IMG/VR virus record: IMGVR_UViG_3300037458_000852
Location: 1-43,105 of that record
Direction: 5' to 3' (one strand)
Length of the DNA stretch: 43,105 nucleotides
DNA from: a virus
Lineage: Duplodnaviria; Caudoviricetes
A program made the position numbers and the translations under genes. This document shows positions 10,401 through 19,348 of this stretch, piece by piece (position 1 is the first letter of the stretch; each line of letters opens with the position of its first letter). The notes beneath the pieces are model-generated. The model was not told the origin of the DNA. It worked only from the letters and a program-made list of their open reading frames with translations, and made no database searches.

Positions 10401-13400
10401 TTCTCCCAGACGCGCTCGCCACGAATCTCGCCACCGTTGTCGATCCGCTCTGCGATCTCCTCATCGGTAAGCTCGCGAACGAGGTTGGCACGCTCGAGCA
10501 CAGTCATGACGCGGATGAGCTCGTCGTACTCCCAGTCAGGGAACATGTCCATGACGTCTTGCGTGTCCCACTCGACAACGCCGTTGTCCCCAACGAGTGC
10601 GCCCATCGCGTCGATCACGTGGCGACGCGGGATGTCGTCGTTGATCGCAACCGGGTTGTTGCCCTCGATCTCGTCGGCGAGAGACAGCATCGCGTCTCCC
10701 TCTGGACCGTCGAACGTCGCAGCGAGAGCACGCAGCGCAAGTGCGGCCTCAATATCTCGCCCGTCATTGAGCAGCGTGTCAACCGACTCGATAGCATCGA
10801 GCGTGGCAGAGTCGGCGCCGCCAGCCTCGAGATCGTCACGGAGCACGTCGAGGCCGTACCGGATACCGATGCGGTCGTTACCCTCCTCAGGAGTGGCGAC
10901 GTAGCCGGCTCCGTCAGCACGGTTGCGCAGGAACTCATTGACCTCGCCGGGAGTCCAGTCGTTGGAGACGATGTACGTCGAGCCGTCGATCTCGGCCATG
11001 CGCCCGGTCGGGGACGCCTCGATCCGGCCGTCAGGCAAGCGCGTCAGCGCGAACGGGATGTCCGGGTCGATCTCGGGGAGTGGACGCTCAGCGGCGACCG
11101 GCGGCGCGACGTATGGAGCGTTCGCGGGCGCGGGCGCGGGCCGAGGCCGAAGTCCGACCGCGACACGCGCGGAGTTGAGGTCCGGGTACTCCAAGTACGT
11201 CCACTGGCCGTCGATGGGCTTGGTCTCAACCACGTAGACGCCGGGCTCGGACTGACTCCGGTAGATTGCCATCTCCACGCCGTTGTCGAGACCGGACCAC
11301 TCTGGGTCGACTGTGTTGAGGTCAAGAGCCTCACGGCGATCCCAGTCGATGATCTTGCCTGGCACTGGGCTCCACTCAGCGACAGGGACGACAGGCGCCT
11401 CGACCGGTGCACGTTCAGGGCGACCGGTGACGTCAGGCTCACGAGGTTCTGGCGGCGGGCCGTTCATGCCGTCGCGCAGCGCTTGGATGATCTTGGCGAT
11501 CTCAGGCTTGTGGTTGAAGGGCTGAAGGTTGTCCACCATGTTCTCTGCCGGTGACGGGTTGTCCATCCACCGATTCCAGAACTCATCCGGAGTGTCCCAC
11601 AGGTCACGGACCAGTGAGGTGAGCAGTCGGTCGAGCTGGTTGCCTGGACGCTCCTGCTGCTCTCCGTACTCAGGCATCGCGCGCACAGCGTCAACGTAGT
11701 GCATGAGATCCTGCTGCGGATTGTTGATCTCAGGGAGCGCAAGTGCAGCTGGCGCCTCGTCAGGCGGGTTGAGCTCATTGTCAAGCTGGATGCGATGCTC
11801 GTCTACCTGCTGCAAGATCCGCTCTGGGATCACGTCTTGGTGCTTGTTGCCCCAGGCCGAGAGCTTCTCGGGCGTCATGTTCCTGGCCAGGATCTCGTAG
11901 AGGTCGGTGATCGCCTGGTCCAGGTCCTCCATCCCGCGGTCGTCACGGAGCTCGATCAGCTGGCCGATGTCGTCGTACAGGCCCTCACGTGCTGAGTCAG
12001 GTGACGGCTTCATCAAGCGCATCACCCAGTCCTCGGTGATGCGCGCGTCAGCAGGAGCGGCGGGCACCTGCACGTCTGGGACGTACTCGCGACCCTCACC
12101 GGTTTCCGGGTCGTACTGGATCATGCTCCCGTCGGTCGGGTCGTAGTCAACCCACGAGCCGTCGGGGAGCAGCCAGCGATGTCCGACCATGCGATCGAAC
12201 TCGACCGGGACGGCGTCGACGCGATCGAGCGGGCCTTCAGGTTCAGGCTGCGCAGCGGGCGGCGTCTCAGGAGCAGCGACGCGCTGGAGCCGTCCCTGCT
12301 CGAGGTCGCGCATGATCTGCTCACGCATGGGCACCATGTTGCCGGGCTCGCCCATCCGGTCGCCCTCGTTGTACCAGCCGCCCGGGCCGCGGTACTCGAT
12401 CGAGCCGTCCTTGTTCTGGTAGACGATCGCCATGTTGTAGCCGTCGCCGCCGTACGCGATGACGCGCGCGTCTGGGTCGATCGGCCACGGCTCGTTGCCG
12501 AAGTCGTCGAGGGTCAGCAGCTCGTTGCCGGCGAGGAACTCGGAGACGCTGACCGCGGGCACGTCCTCGGCGATCTGGTCGAGAGCGTCGCGCTGGCGGG
12601 CGGGTGCGGCAGGCTCGTCAGCCTCAGGCAGCGCTGAGTCAGGGACGTCAGGCATGTCGAACACCTCGGGAGCGTTGTCCATGCCACGGCGCTCGTTGAC
12701 CAGGTTCTCGATCTCGATCCACTGCATGTCGATCGCGTTGGCGATCGTCTCCGGGACGTTGTAGTCGCCGTCTGCGTTGATCAGGATCTTGTCGATCCTC
12801 TGGCCGACCAGCGTGATCTTCGCGTACAGCGAGTCAAGCTCTGCAGCGTCGGCGGCCGGGTTCTTGAGCTTCTGAGAGTACGACTTGAGCAGCTTCGCGT
12901 AGCTGCCCAGCTCGGTCCCGTACGTGCCCTGTCGGCCGCGGCGGAGCTCTGCAGCAATGCTCGACAGGTTGTCAGCTGCGTTGGCGAAGTCGTTGCCCCA
13001 CTGCTCGAGATTGACGCCAGGCGCAGGCGCCTCGACGCTCTCTGGGGCAGCGTCAGGCTCAGGTGCGGCGGGAGCCTCGTCGACAACAACCTGGTCGCGG
13101 ATTTCATCCCAGGTGTCGCCACCCTGGTAGTGGTCATCATAGAACTCGCGGATCGCGTCCTCACGACCGGAGAGCTTGACAGCATCACCGTTCGGCCCTG
13201 GGATGAGCTCAGCGGTGATACCTGCGTCCTCAGCGTCAGACATGAACTGACTGATCTCGTCTTGATCCTCGAAGAAGGAGTCAAGCTCGACGGTGATCGG
13301 CCGCTCGGCGGCTGCCCAGTCGCGGACCGCGGGAGCGTTCTGCTCCTCGATCAGGTCGTCGATCCGGCCAGCCTGCTCATCAACGTCATCGGCAGGCTGC

Positions 13401-15661
13401 GCGTTGAGCATCGGCTCAAACAGCTGGCCGTCCTTCATCCAACGCTCACGCTGTGCGGGAGTGGGCAGGTCGACGTTCTCGCGAGTCTCCCAGTCGAAGA
13501 ACCGGTCGCCACGAGCCTCGTCCTGGCGGAGCGCGTCGGCGATCTGCTCGCGGTCGCCAGTTTTGATCGCGTCCTTGACCGCCTGCCCGACGCCAGCCCG
13601 TTCAGCGGCCGCCTGAGCCTCCTCCTGTGAGACCGGGACAGGCAGGTTCTCACGGGCAGCGTCAACGCGAGCCTGGCGACGCTGGCGCTCGCCCTCAAGA
13701 GCGTCGTCGCGCGCAATCTGGATGTCATCGGCGCTAGGTGCGATGTCCTGCACGATCTCGCGTCGAGCGACGTCTGCGTCACGGCGAGCCTGGGCGGCGT
13801 CCTGTGGGTTGTTGAACCCTTGGTACGGGTTGCGCGGGTCGAACCACTTGCCGTTGTGCTTGTTCAGACCAACCATGACCCCGTCATCAGCACGGACGAT
13901 GCGGCTCCATGTCTCAGCAGCGTTGGCCGAGACCGGCATCTCGGTCCAGCCAACCGGGATGCCCGCGTCACGCGGGTCAGCTGCAGGCAGCTCAGCAGGA
14001 ATACGTGCCTTCGCGCCATCTGCGGCACCAAGTGGAGTGGCGAACTTCGCGTCCTCCATCCCATTCGGGCCCTTGGCGATACGCCAGGCAGCGGGACGCC
14101 GCCGTCGATCGGCTCCGAACTCATCCTTCGGCCGACCAACGATGGCGCCGTCAGGAGTCTTCCACTTCTCCGCCCAGATGCGCTTCTCGCCAGGGCTGAG
14201 GCTCTGCTGCTCCCAACCGTCTGGGATGAAGAACCGCTCCATCCCAGCGCGAGCACCAGCGTCACGCGCTCGCTGCAGCTCGCCATCCAGGTCGGCGACG
14301 CCGTTTCGCTCAGCTCGTGCCTGCTCACGCAGATCTGGAGCGGCAGGAGCGGCCTCGGCAGGCTCGGCATCGGGGATGCGCGCTTGGACGAAGTCACGCA
14401 GAGAGGCCAGCCCGTCTGCGTCCTCGGAGAAGCCGCGGAACGCGTCCGCGTCCTCTGGGCTGGCGTCCAGCAGCTCCTGGTGGATCGCTGCGGCGTCGTC
14501 AGCGAGGCGAGCGAGGCTCTCCTTGTCCGTGGAGGCCGGGTCCGAGCCGGACAGCCGCTCAATCAGCGCGTCCCGGCGGGTCGCGTTCGGCGAGTTGTCC
14601 GGGACCAGGCGCTTCAGCTCGGCGACGGCCTCATCTGCGGCCTTGCGGAACTCGTCCGCGTCAACCGGGTCGGTCGCCATGTCCTCAGCGGTTGGCGTGA
14701 CGTGCTTCAGGTCGAGGTGCGCGATCGCGGGAGCCGGGTCGTTCGGGTCGTCCGCGTCGCCAGTCTGCATGCGCGCGGCGAGCGCCTCCTTGATCTCATC
14801 CATCTGGACCTTGAGCGCGGGTGCGTCCTGGCCGCCCCGGGAGAACGCGGTGTTGAGCTTGTTCCACTGCTCCTGCAGCTGTGCGTCGGATCGGCTCTCG
14901 TACTTGCGGGCGACCGCGGCCTTGCGGAGAGCGGCGGGGTCGGGCAGCGTGGCCTTGATCTTCTCAACCTTCGCGGCCGGGACCTTGACCTGTCGCCCGT
15001 CCTCGAGCTTGACGTTCACCTTGCCGTTCGCAACGTCCATGCCGTTCGCGACGCCGTGCAGCCAGCGGAACCCGGGGCCGACGCCCGGCATGTCAACCTT
15101 GAAGCGGATCCCGCCGCCCATCTCGATCCACTTGCCGAACCGGTCACGCAGCTGGCGCATCGCGCGCAGCCGGCGCGCCATGCTCGAGTTGCCGTCCGCA
15201 ACCAGAACCGTGAGCGCGTCGGTCAGGGCGAACAACTGCGGATCCCGCGTGGACCGAGCCAGCGCCCGGTTCAGGTTGAACGCGCGGCGCGGGTCTGCAT
15301 CACTGTAGAGCGCAGCGGAGGCGATCAACGCACGGACCTCGACCGCGTTCAGCTCGCGCGCCAGGTGCGCAGCGTCCGCCAGGCTGGCGACCAGAGCCGT
15401 GCGCCGCGGGTAGAGGTCTGAGTCCTGGCAGGGGCGGTTGGAGGAGAGCGCGGCCAGGTACGCGTCGACGCGCTTGAGCGCCTGCCGCTCACGGAGCATC
15501 GGTCCGCCGGAGCGCGACTGCTCGACGCCGCGGACATACACCGTGGCCAGCACGGTCGGGCTCACTCGGGCGCTCGGCCGGGCCTTCGCGTTGTGGACCG
15601 CGGCCTTCGCGCGGAGCGCGTTCTTGGCGACCGGTGGAACTCGGACCTCGCTCGCGCTCAT
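7403..15661 (-). CDS. Giant (2752 aa) multidomain virion/head protein with GNAT-like and C-terminal HipA/PI3-4-kinase-like domains
   Basis: ATGA-coupled to portal stop. Kinase motifs GGVN..YFVK..E..DRHDGN..IPVDN (~7400-8170); GNAT-like RGGGFSS..GVKKVKVHA..GGYVW..GF (~8680-9300); SH3/KOW-like segment ~10020-10170; long acidic Pro/Ala linkers. Confidence 0.75.
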   Translation of the reverse strand: MSASEVRVPPVAKNALRAKAAVHNAKARPSARVSPTVLATVYVRGVEQSRSGGPMLRERQALKRVDAYLAALSSNRPCQDSDLYPRRTALVASLADAAHLARELNAVEVRALIASAALYSDADPRRAFNLNRALARSTRDPQLFALTDALTVLVADGNSSMARRLRAMRQLRDRFGKWIEMGGGIRFKVDMPGVGPGFRWLHGVANGMDVANGKVNVKLEDGRQVKVPAAKVEKIKATLPDPAALRKAAVARKYESRSDAQLQEQWNKLNTAFSRGGQDAPALKVQMDEIKEALAARMQTGDADDPNDPAPAIAHLDLKHVTPTAEDMATDPVDADEFRKAADEAVAELKRLVPDNSPNATRRDALIERLSGSDPASTDKESLARLADDAAAIHQELLDASPEDADAFRGFSEDADGLASLRDFVQARIPDAEPAEAAPAAPDLREQARAERNGVADLDGELQRARDAGARAGMERFFIPDGWEQQSLSPGEKRIWAEKWKTPDGAIVGRPKDEFGADRRRRPAAWRIAKGPNGMEDAKFATPLGAADGAKARIPAELPAADPRDAGIPVGWTEMPVSANAAETWSRIVRADDGVMVGLNKHNGKWFDPRNPYQGFNNPQDAAQARRDADVARREIVQDIAPSADDIQIARDDALEGERQRRQARVDAARENLPVPVSQEEAQAAAERAGVGQAVKDAIKTGDREQIADALRQDEARGDRFFDWETRENVDLPTPAQRERWMKDGQLFEPMLNAQPADDVDEQAGRIDDLIEEQNAPAVRDWAAAERPITVELDSFFEDQDEISQFMSDAEDAGITAELIPGPNGDAVKLSGREDAIREFYDDHYQGGDTWDEIRDQVVVDEAPAAPEPDAAPESVEAPAPGVNLEQWGNDFANAADNLSSIAAELRRGRQGTYGTELGSYAKLLKSYSQKLKNPAADAAELDSLYAKITLVGQRIDKILINADGDYNVPETIANAIDMQWIEIENLVNERRGMDNAPEVFDMPDVPDSALPEADEPAAPARQRDALDQIAEDVPAVSVSEFLAGNELLTLDDFGNEPWPIDPDARVIAYGGDGYNMAIVYQNKDGSIEYRGPGGWYNEGDRMGEPGNMVPMREQIMRDLEQGRLQRVAAPETPPAAQPEPEGPLDRVDAVPVEFDRMVGHRWLLPDGSWVDYDPTDGSMIQYDPETGEGREYVPDVQVPAAPADARITEDWVMRLMKPSPDSAREGLYDDIGQLIELRDDRGMEDLDQAITDLYEILARNMTPEKLSAWGNKHQDVIPERILQQVDEHRIQLDNELNPPDEAPAALALPEINNPQQDLMHYVDAVRAMPEYGEQQERPGNQLDRLLTSLVRDLWDTPDEFWNRWMDNPSPAENMVDNLQPFNHKPEIAKIIQALRDGMNGPPPEPREPDVTGRPERAPVEAPVVPVAEWSPVPGKIIDWDRREALDLNTVDPEWSGLDNGVEMAIYRSQSEPGVYVVETKPIDGQWTYLEYPDLNSARVAVGLRPRPAPAPANAPYVAPPVAAERPLPEIDPDIPFALTRLPDGRIEASPTGRMAEIDGSTYIVSNDWTPGEVNEFLRNRADGAGYVATPEEGNDRIGIRYGLDVLRDDLEAGGADSATLDAIESVDTLLNDGRDIEAALALRALAATFDGPEGDAMLSLADEIEGNNPVAINDDIPRRHVIDAMGALVGDNGVVEWDTQDVMDMFPDWEYDELIRVMTVLERANLVRELTDEEIAERIDNGGEIRGERVWENLGIDGRISDDDIGRMIEEELARPQPPEQWAWPPGADIPEESTPGEPVAPRPAATPPQPAGAAPDEINRYVPNGVINDRFGRTIYKGIRVRGADGLEGTVTVVQQEPAYARIKLDDGRVIVRSGRRLVRIDNPPPAPDGGDGAVPPAPAPAAPAAPAAPPAPAAPAAPAVADDLANLDEAELLDGLSKIRVRLPMRARRALGAPERDRRNAGFALDDARSAFEDGDMAGMLLKFQRASFLLRRAGQNDVAAQVTKYATALQRQNRARRQVGEKPVDPSSPVTPADYVESFNPNVGDVEQSGKTPGVSEPLDVNENSANPDAKQVDFAAWRTRAAEIATAARTRTSIENIFAGENNRADIEKVFGVGSDFAFGDGKYTLKYGYHEVTKSGRNKTLNISMYIYDGDERIGKVERKIRYNGSTEEYVPENMLMRIEGDKRGGGFSSAYNRWMENWYIANGVKKVKVHAAGGGDWTGGYVWSVNGFGWDMSIWGTNPVQQRTATMRKVDSILGMMGRMASTDAERAQITELSKRVSSIRGGAAGVIPTPMELALVGWRPGKKDWVGKQTMRSMDWHGAKSLQPEDYAYRQKVAYDGLKAAEARAKNKQNTVQSPDLARVVVDPVNIKAMGGSDRLQKWSRQVGDALLNGDSLATLPPLVKRDLKTMVNVVLADWKRNERAGWAYSGMDADLDALNNALDAEIGLDFPAQRTLPQAGDALRDVSLADLQTAAGRGRAGAVPGKLADYKVKELTRGEGGVNYTFKVTHKATGQVYFVKWDKIASQWQGQDPIHGANGERDPNKYLAAMGYNGIPGFERSRVEDAMIVMQRVGDNLDLVERPKNAAVARSRPRSPEEYVDYRDPIRLQMLDGLFGNGDRHDGNYQYAQRASDGKFYLIPVDNAFNAIARHGDNLRWDPMNGWSTPSDRITGAYSGAYSRYLQKIHDRIGSERFKTLMTQLVDEAIDANSKASADYATSSLADYIDAQLQQLRGEVADGTFERKLGY

Positions 15662-17445
15662 CTCAGCAGCTCCTGTGGTGACACGGTGTCGCTTGGCGTT
15701 GGTGACGTGGGTGGCGCGGGCGCGGTGGGTGGCGCGAACGGGTCAACGCCCTCGGGGATCACCTCGGCGGGCTCAGCGGGAGTGGCCGGCGTGCCGCCAA
15801 TCGCCTGCATGATCTCGTCCGGGACCGGGTTCTCCGCGCTGGCCTGGCTCGCCTCGCGCATCGACGCCATCAGCTTCGGCGCGAGCACCTGCAGCATCGC
15901 CTCGGTGAACTCAGGAGTGATCGAGCCACGCTCCATGACCAAGCGCTTGGCGAGCTCGTCAGGAGTGGGGACGTCGTCGTCCGTGAACCCGTGCGAGCGA
16001 CGCCAGGCGTCGTCTGAGACGATGTAGCGGTCGTAGCCGGCGTCCGCATCCTCCGCGCGGTTCGGGCGGGTGGTGACCTCGCTGGGGTCGTACCAGACGA
16101 CGTACTTCTCGATCTCGGGCTCGTCCACACCCAGCGCACGGAGCATGGGTCGCAGGTACACGTACGTGAGCGCGTCGCAGATCAACAGGGCCAACGGCTC
16201 GATGTGAGCCTTGTACAGGGACTCGTCGATCTGCAGAGCGTTCGCGTACTTCACGTTCGCCAGGCCGGTGACGATATCCTTCGGCACGTCCAGGCCCTGC
16301 ATGATCCGCTCGAGCACTCGGTCCGAGCGGGCAGCCAGCGCCGGGTCGAACGAGCGCTCGAACTTGAACTGCTTGATCTTGTCCGCCAGCTCGGCGGGTC
16401 CGCGGATGATCAGCGGCACAACGGCCGCGGCGGAGTCCTCGTCGCTGATCGGCGTGGTCATCGCCTCGATGAGCGCTTCCTCGAACTCGTCCTCGTCGGC
16501 GGTGACTGAGGCGGACGCGCCCGCCAAGGCGGCCGCGTCTACTGAGTCGTCGCCCAGCAGGTCAATGTCCGTGGGATCCGGGCTCGCCGAGACCGAGAGG
16601 CCGTCCGGCATGTACATCATGCCCGCGTTCAGGCGTGAGCGCGCAGTTGCGCGGAACGTCCGGTTCAGGAGCAGCAGCTCCGCGCAGAGGTCCAGCATCC
16701 CGCGCAGGCTCGAGTCGGCCTCGTTCGAGAACCGGGGGTGCTGTCGCCAGATCCGAGCGACGAACGCGTTCTTGGGGAGCAGCTGGATGTCCTGCATCCG
16801 CGCATCGCGCGCGGTCTTCACAGAGACGCGGCCGTTCCCGACCACCATCTCGTCGACCGAGCGGATGTCCCAGGACTCATCGACCTTCGGGAACGCAGAG
16901 GCGGGGGTCTGCACCAGGTTGCACTCACCGGTCACGCACAGGTTCAGGGCCGCGTCGCGGAGCATGCCGGGCTGGCCGCCGAACGCGGAGCTCAGCCGGA
17001 CCAGCGCGCCCACCACCATCGCCTCGACCTTGTCGTCCGTGTCCGGGTCGAGCTGGGTCGGCGCCTCGGCCGGGTCGTCGATCCGGGCCGAGTACAGGCG
17101 GACGCGGCTCATCACGTTCGCGACCAGCGTGAACGCGTACTTGATCTCGCCGATCGCGTCGTAGTACTCCCACGCTTCGCTCTGCCACTCGTTTCCTGAG
17201 CGCGCACGCGCGAGGAGCTCAACCGCGTTCTGGTCGTCCAGGTTGATCCGCCGAGCGGACGCTGTCATTGAGCGGACAGCTGAGTAGGGGAGCGGCTGCT
17301 GCACGCGGGTGCCGTCAGGGTTCGTGGGCCGGACGGCCGTACGAGCACGCTGAGAGTTCGAGGCGGGTGACAGGCCAGCGCGTGCTCGACGCGCGGCGAC
17401 CGCTGCTGGAGTGGTGCTGGGCTCTCCACGCGTGAACATGCCCAC
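15658..17445 (-). CDS. Portal protein
   Basis: WQSEAWEYYDAIGEIKY..MSRVRLY, RIWRQHPRFSNEADS, ATARSRLNAG, SAAAVVPLI, GLDVP motifs recalled from cluster-B-type actinophage portals; GAAGGAGG SD. Confidence 0.85.
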   Translation of the reverse strand: MGMFTRGEPSTTPAAVAARRARAGLSPASNSQRARTAVRPTNPDGTRVQQPLPYSAVRSMTASARRINLDDQNAVELLARARSGNEWQSEAWEYYDAIGEIKYAFTLVANVMSRVRLYSARIDDPAEAPTQLDPDTDDKVEAMVVGALVRLSSAFGGQPGMLRDAALNLCVTGECNLVQTPASAFPKVDESWDIRSVDEMVVGNGRVSVKTARDARMQDIQLLPKNAFVARIWRQHPRFSNEADSSLRGMLDLCAELLLLNRTFRATARSRLNAGMMYMPDGLSVSASPDPTDIDLLGDDSVDAAALAGASASVTADEDEFEEALIEAMTTPISDEDSAAAVVPLIIRGPAELADKIKQFKFERSFDPALAARSDRVLERIMQGLDVPKDIVTGLANVKYANALQIDESLYKAHIEPLALLICDALTYVYLRPMLRALGVDEPEIEKYVVWYDPSEVTTRPNRAEDADAGYDRYIVSDDAWRRSHGFTDDDVPTPDELAKRLVMERGSITPEFTEAMLQVLAPKLMASMREASQASAENPVPDEIMQAIGGTPATPAEPAEVIPEGVDPFAPPTAPAPPTSPTPSDTVSPQELLR

Positions 17446-17498
17446 TCGCTCACTCCTCCTTCAGTCGTCACTCATCGGCGAGAGCACGGCTGAAAGGG

Positions 17499-17786
17499 CT
17501 ACCGGCGCTCGTAGGCGAGGCTCACCACCGCGGACAACGCGAGAGCGCGAAGGACGGGGCGGGCGAGCCGCGGCACCATCATATCGGCCATCACGATGCC
17601 CACTGAAGCGTACATGCTCACACAGTGCGGACAGTGCACGAGGTAGCTCAGCTTCGAGTCTTGTGGAGCGCCGAACCGAGCGACAACCTTGTCACGGAGG
17701 GGCTCGGTGATCTCGTCCTCGATGACAAGGCGGGTGAGCCGGTACGCGGCGAGCGCCGAGACGGCTGCGTCGAGCGAGTCAGACAT
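17499..17786 (-). CDS. DUF1360-like membrane protein
   Basis: LAAYRLTRLVIEDEITEPLR..LVHCPHCVSMY; GGAGG SD before ATG 17786; next to portal. Confidence 0.75.
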   Translation of the reverse strand: MSDSLDAAVSALAAYRLTRLVIEDEITEPLRDKVVARFGAPQDSKLSYLVHCPHCVSMYASVGIVMADMMVPRLARPVLRALALSAVVSLAYERR

Positions 17787-17985
17787 CGTGGTCCTCCTCG
17801 AAGGAGAGCATGGTCGAGGCGGGGGGCAGGTAGATCCAGAGCGCCGGGCCAGCCTTGATCCGGTGGCCGCCGTCGTCGTAGACGTGCTCAATGGTCGCCT
17901 CGGTGGTGCGGCCGAACAGGTCAACGGTGACCGAGTCGCCGGGGCGGTAGGGAAGCGCGTCCTGGTCACTCGGGTCGTGGATCAC
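17779..17985 (-). CDS. Hypothetical protein (SH3-like beta protein)
   Basis: 68 aa, YRPGDSVTV motif, overlaps both neighbours. Confidence 0.6.
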   Translation of the reverse strand: MIHDPSDQDALPYRPGDSVTVDLFGRTTEATIEHVYDDGGHRIKAGPALWIYLPPASTMLSFEEDHDV

Positions 17986-18251
17986 GATGTAGCCTGCAGG
18001 CGGGAGAGCTCCTGCTCAGCCGCGAAGAACGCGCTCGCTCGGCCGGCGTAGTACTCGCTCTCAGTGCGAGACTCGGACAGCTGCTCCTCCTTGTGGGCGG
18101 CGACGCCCGAGTCCAGCAGCCACTGGGTGAGCCTGTCCAGGCGGGTGAGCGCCCAGCCCACGTCCTCGGCGACCGAGAGGTCGGCCTCGTACCGCTCCTG
18201 CACAGCGTCGCGATCCAGGTGGCGGAGCGGGCGGTCGTGCGGGTCACACAT
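17982..18251 (-). CDS. Hypothetical protein
   Basis: Helical 89-aa ORF in a chain of overlapping genes. Confidence 0.6.
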   Translation of the reverse strand: MCDPHDRPLRHLDRDAVQERYEADLSVAEDVGWALTRLDRLTQWLLDSGVAAHKEEQLSESRTESEYYAGRASAFFAAEQELSRLQATS

Positions 18252-18507
18252 CTGCAATCCCCCAGAGGTATGCGTTCAACTTGTCGACAGTGGCCTGGTA
18301 CTCGTCGACCTTGCGCTGGTGCCGAAGACGCTCGAGGTCAGCGTCGTTGCGGACGAACCGTATCATCTCACGGAGGTGCGGAGCGCAGGCGGGCCGGTGT
18401 ACGGGGCCGGTGGTGAAGACCCCGGCCGCCTGCGAGGTGCAGTTTCGAGTTCGGCACTTCTCGGGCACAACGGATGGGGAGAGCGTGTAGAAGTCGGCGT
18501 CGCTCAT
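18244..18507 (-). CDS. Hypothetical protein (Cys/His motif + coiled coil)
   Basis: ATGA overlap with upstream stop; C-x4-C...C-x2-H. Confidence 0.6.
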   Translation of the reverse strand: MSDADFYTLSPSVVPEKCRTRNCTSQAAGVFTTGPVHRPACAPHLREMIRFVRNDADLERLRHQRKVDEYQATVDKLNAYLWGIADV

Positions 18508-18929
18508 GACGGTACGTCGTTGCAGCCGTGTGAGCAGGAGTCGTCGTGCCCCTCGGTGAGCTGCGGAGTGGCGGTCGGGTCCAAGCAGCCGCAGTGCTCG
18601 CAGCACGCGAACGGCCAGGTGGTGACTGGGTCGAACGTGTCCGCGAACGGCTCGGGCTTGACCGGGTAGAACTCGCCGCGCGTGCCGAGGACCAGCCAGT
18701 CGCCGCGGTTCGCGGTCATGCGGCCCTCAAGAGTGTCGACGTAGAACGCCGCGTCGCCCGGAGAGGTGGAGCCTGCGGGTGCGGCCTCGGAGGTGAATGC
18801 GTAGCTGGCCGAGCCGCCCGAGTTGATGACCCACAGGAACGCCTCCTGGAAGGAGGCCTGGTCGGTGAGCTGGAGAGCCTGGACGCGAACCGGGCGCTTC
18901 TGGAACGTGGCGGGCGGTGGCGGAGTCAT
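18504..18929 (-). CDS. PGDYG-like phage protein with Cys-rich C-terminal module
   Basis: FQKRPVRVQA..DTLEGRMTANRGDWLVLGTRGEFYPVKPEPFADTFD is a common phage family signature; tail CCEHCGC..GH..CSHGCND. Confidence 0.7.
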   Translation of the reverse strand: MTPPPPATFQKRPVRVQALQLTDQASFQEAFLWVINSGGSASYAFTSEAAPAGSTSPGDAAFYVDTLEGRMTANRGDWLVLGTRGEFYPVKPEPFADTFDPVTTWPFACCEHCGCLDPTATPQLTEGHDDSCSHGCNDVPS

Positions 18930-19348
18930 GGGAGAGCGAGCGTCCTTCCGTCGGAGTACGGGTTGAATGAGCGGAGGCGTGAGCCGCAGCCGCAGCCGGG
19001 GTTCCGGCTCCACGCGAGCGTGGTGCCGTTCGCGGTGGTGACGGTGGCGTCCGAGGTGCGGGAGGCGACACCCCGCGGGAGCGTGTTGGGCGGGAGTGGG
19101 AGCGCCAGGACCCGCTCAGCGGTTCCGGGGCGGGCGGTTGAGTCGACGAAGACGAAGACGCCGCCGTTGAAGATGATGACCCTCGCCTTGTCGTAGTGGG
19201 CAGAGCCCGGGGGGAGATTGGTGTCCGTGGGGATCGTGCGCGAGGTGATCGGCGTGGGCAGGTGCGTGGTGGGGTCGTAGAGCACGGCCGGCGGGAGCGC
19301 GATGGTGACGTACGCCGGGAACACGTCCGCGAGCGGGCGGCCGCTCAT
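18926..19348 (-). CDS. Hypothetical protein ending in GCGCGSRLR motif
   Basis: 140-aa ORF, ATGA overlaps on both sides. Confidence 0.65.
   Translation of the reverse strand: MSGRPLADVFPAYVTIALPPAVLYDPTTHLPTPITSRTIPTDTNLPPGSAHYDKARVIIFNGGVFVFVDSTARPGTAERVLALPLPPNTLPRGVASRTSDATVTTANGTTLAWSRNPGCGCGSRLRSFNPYSDGRTLALP

Noticed and set aside
1127-17199. Long + strand ORFs (e.g. 4667..6319, 13722..15308, 13820..15421, 16211..17164)
   Set aside because: Antisense shadows of GC-rich - strand genes, with no SD or recognisable motifs.
18504-18929. Calling the PGDYG-like protein an anti-defence nucleotide sponge
   Set aside because: I cannot tie this signature to a characterised Tad/Acb family from sequence alone; it needs a structure search.
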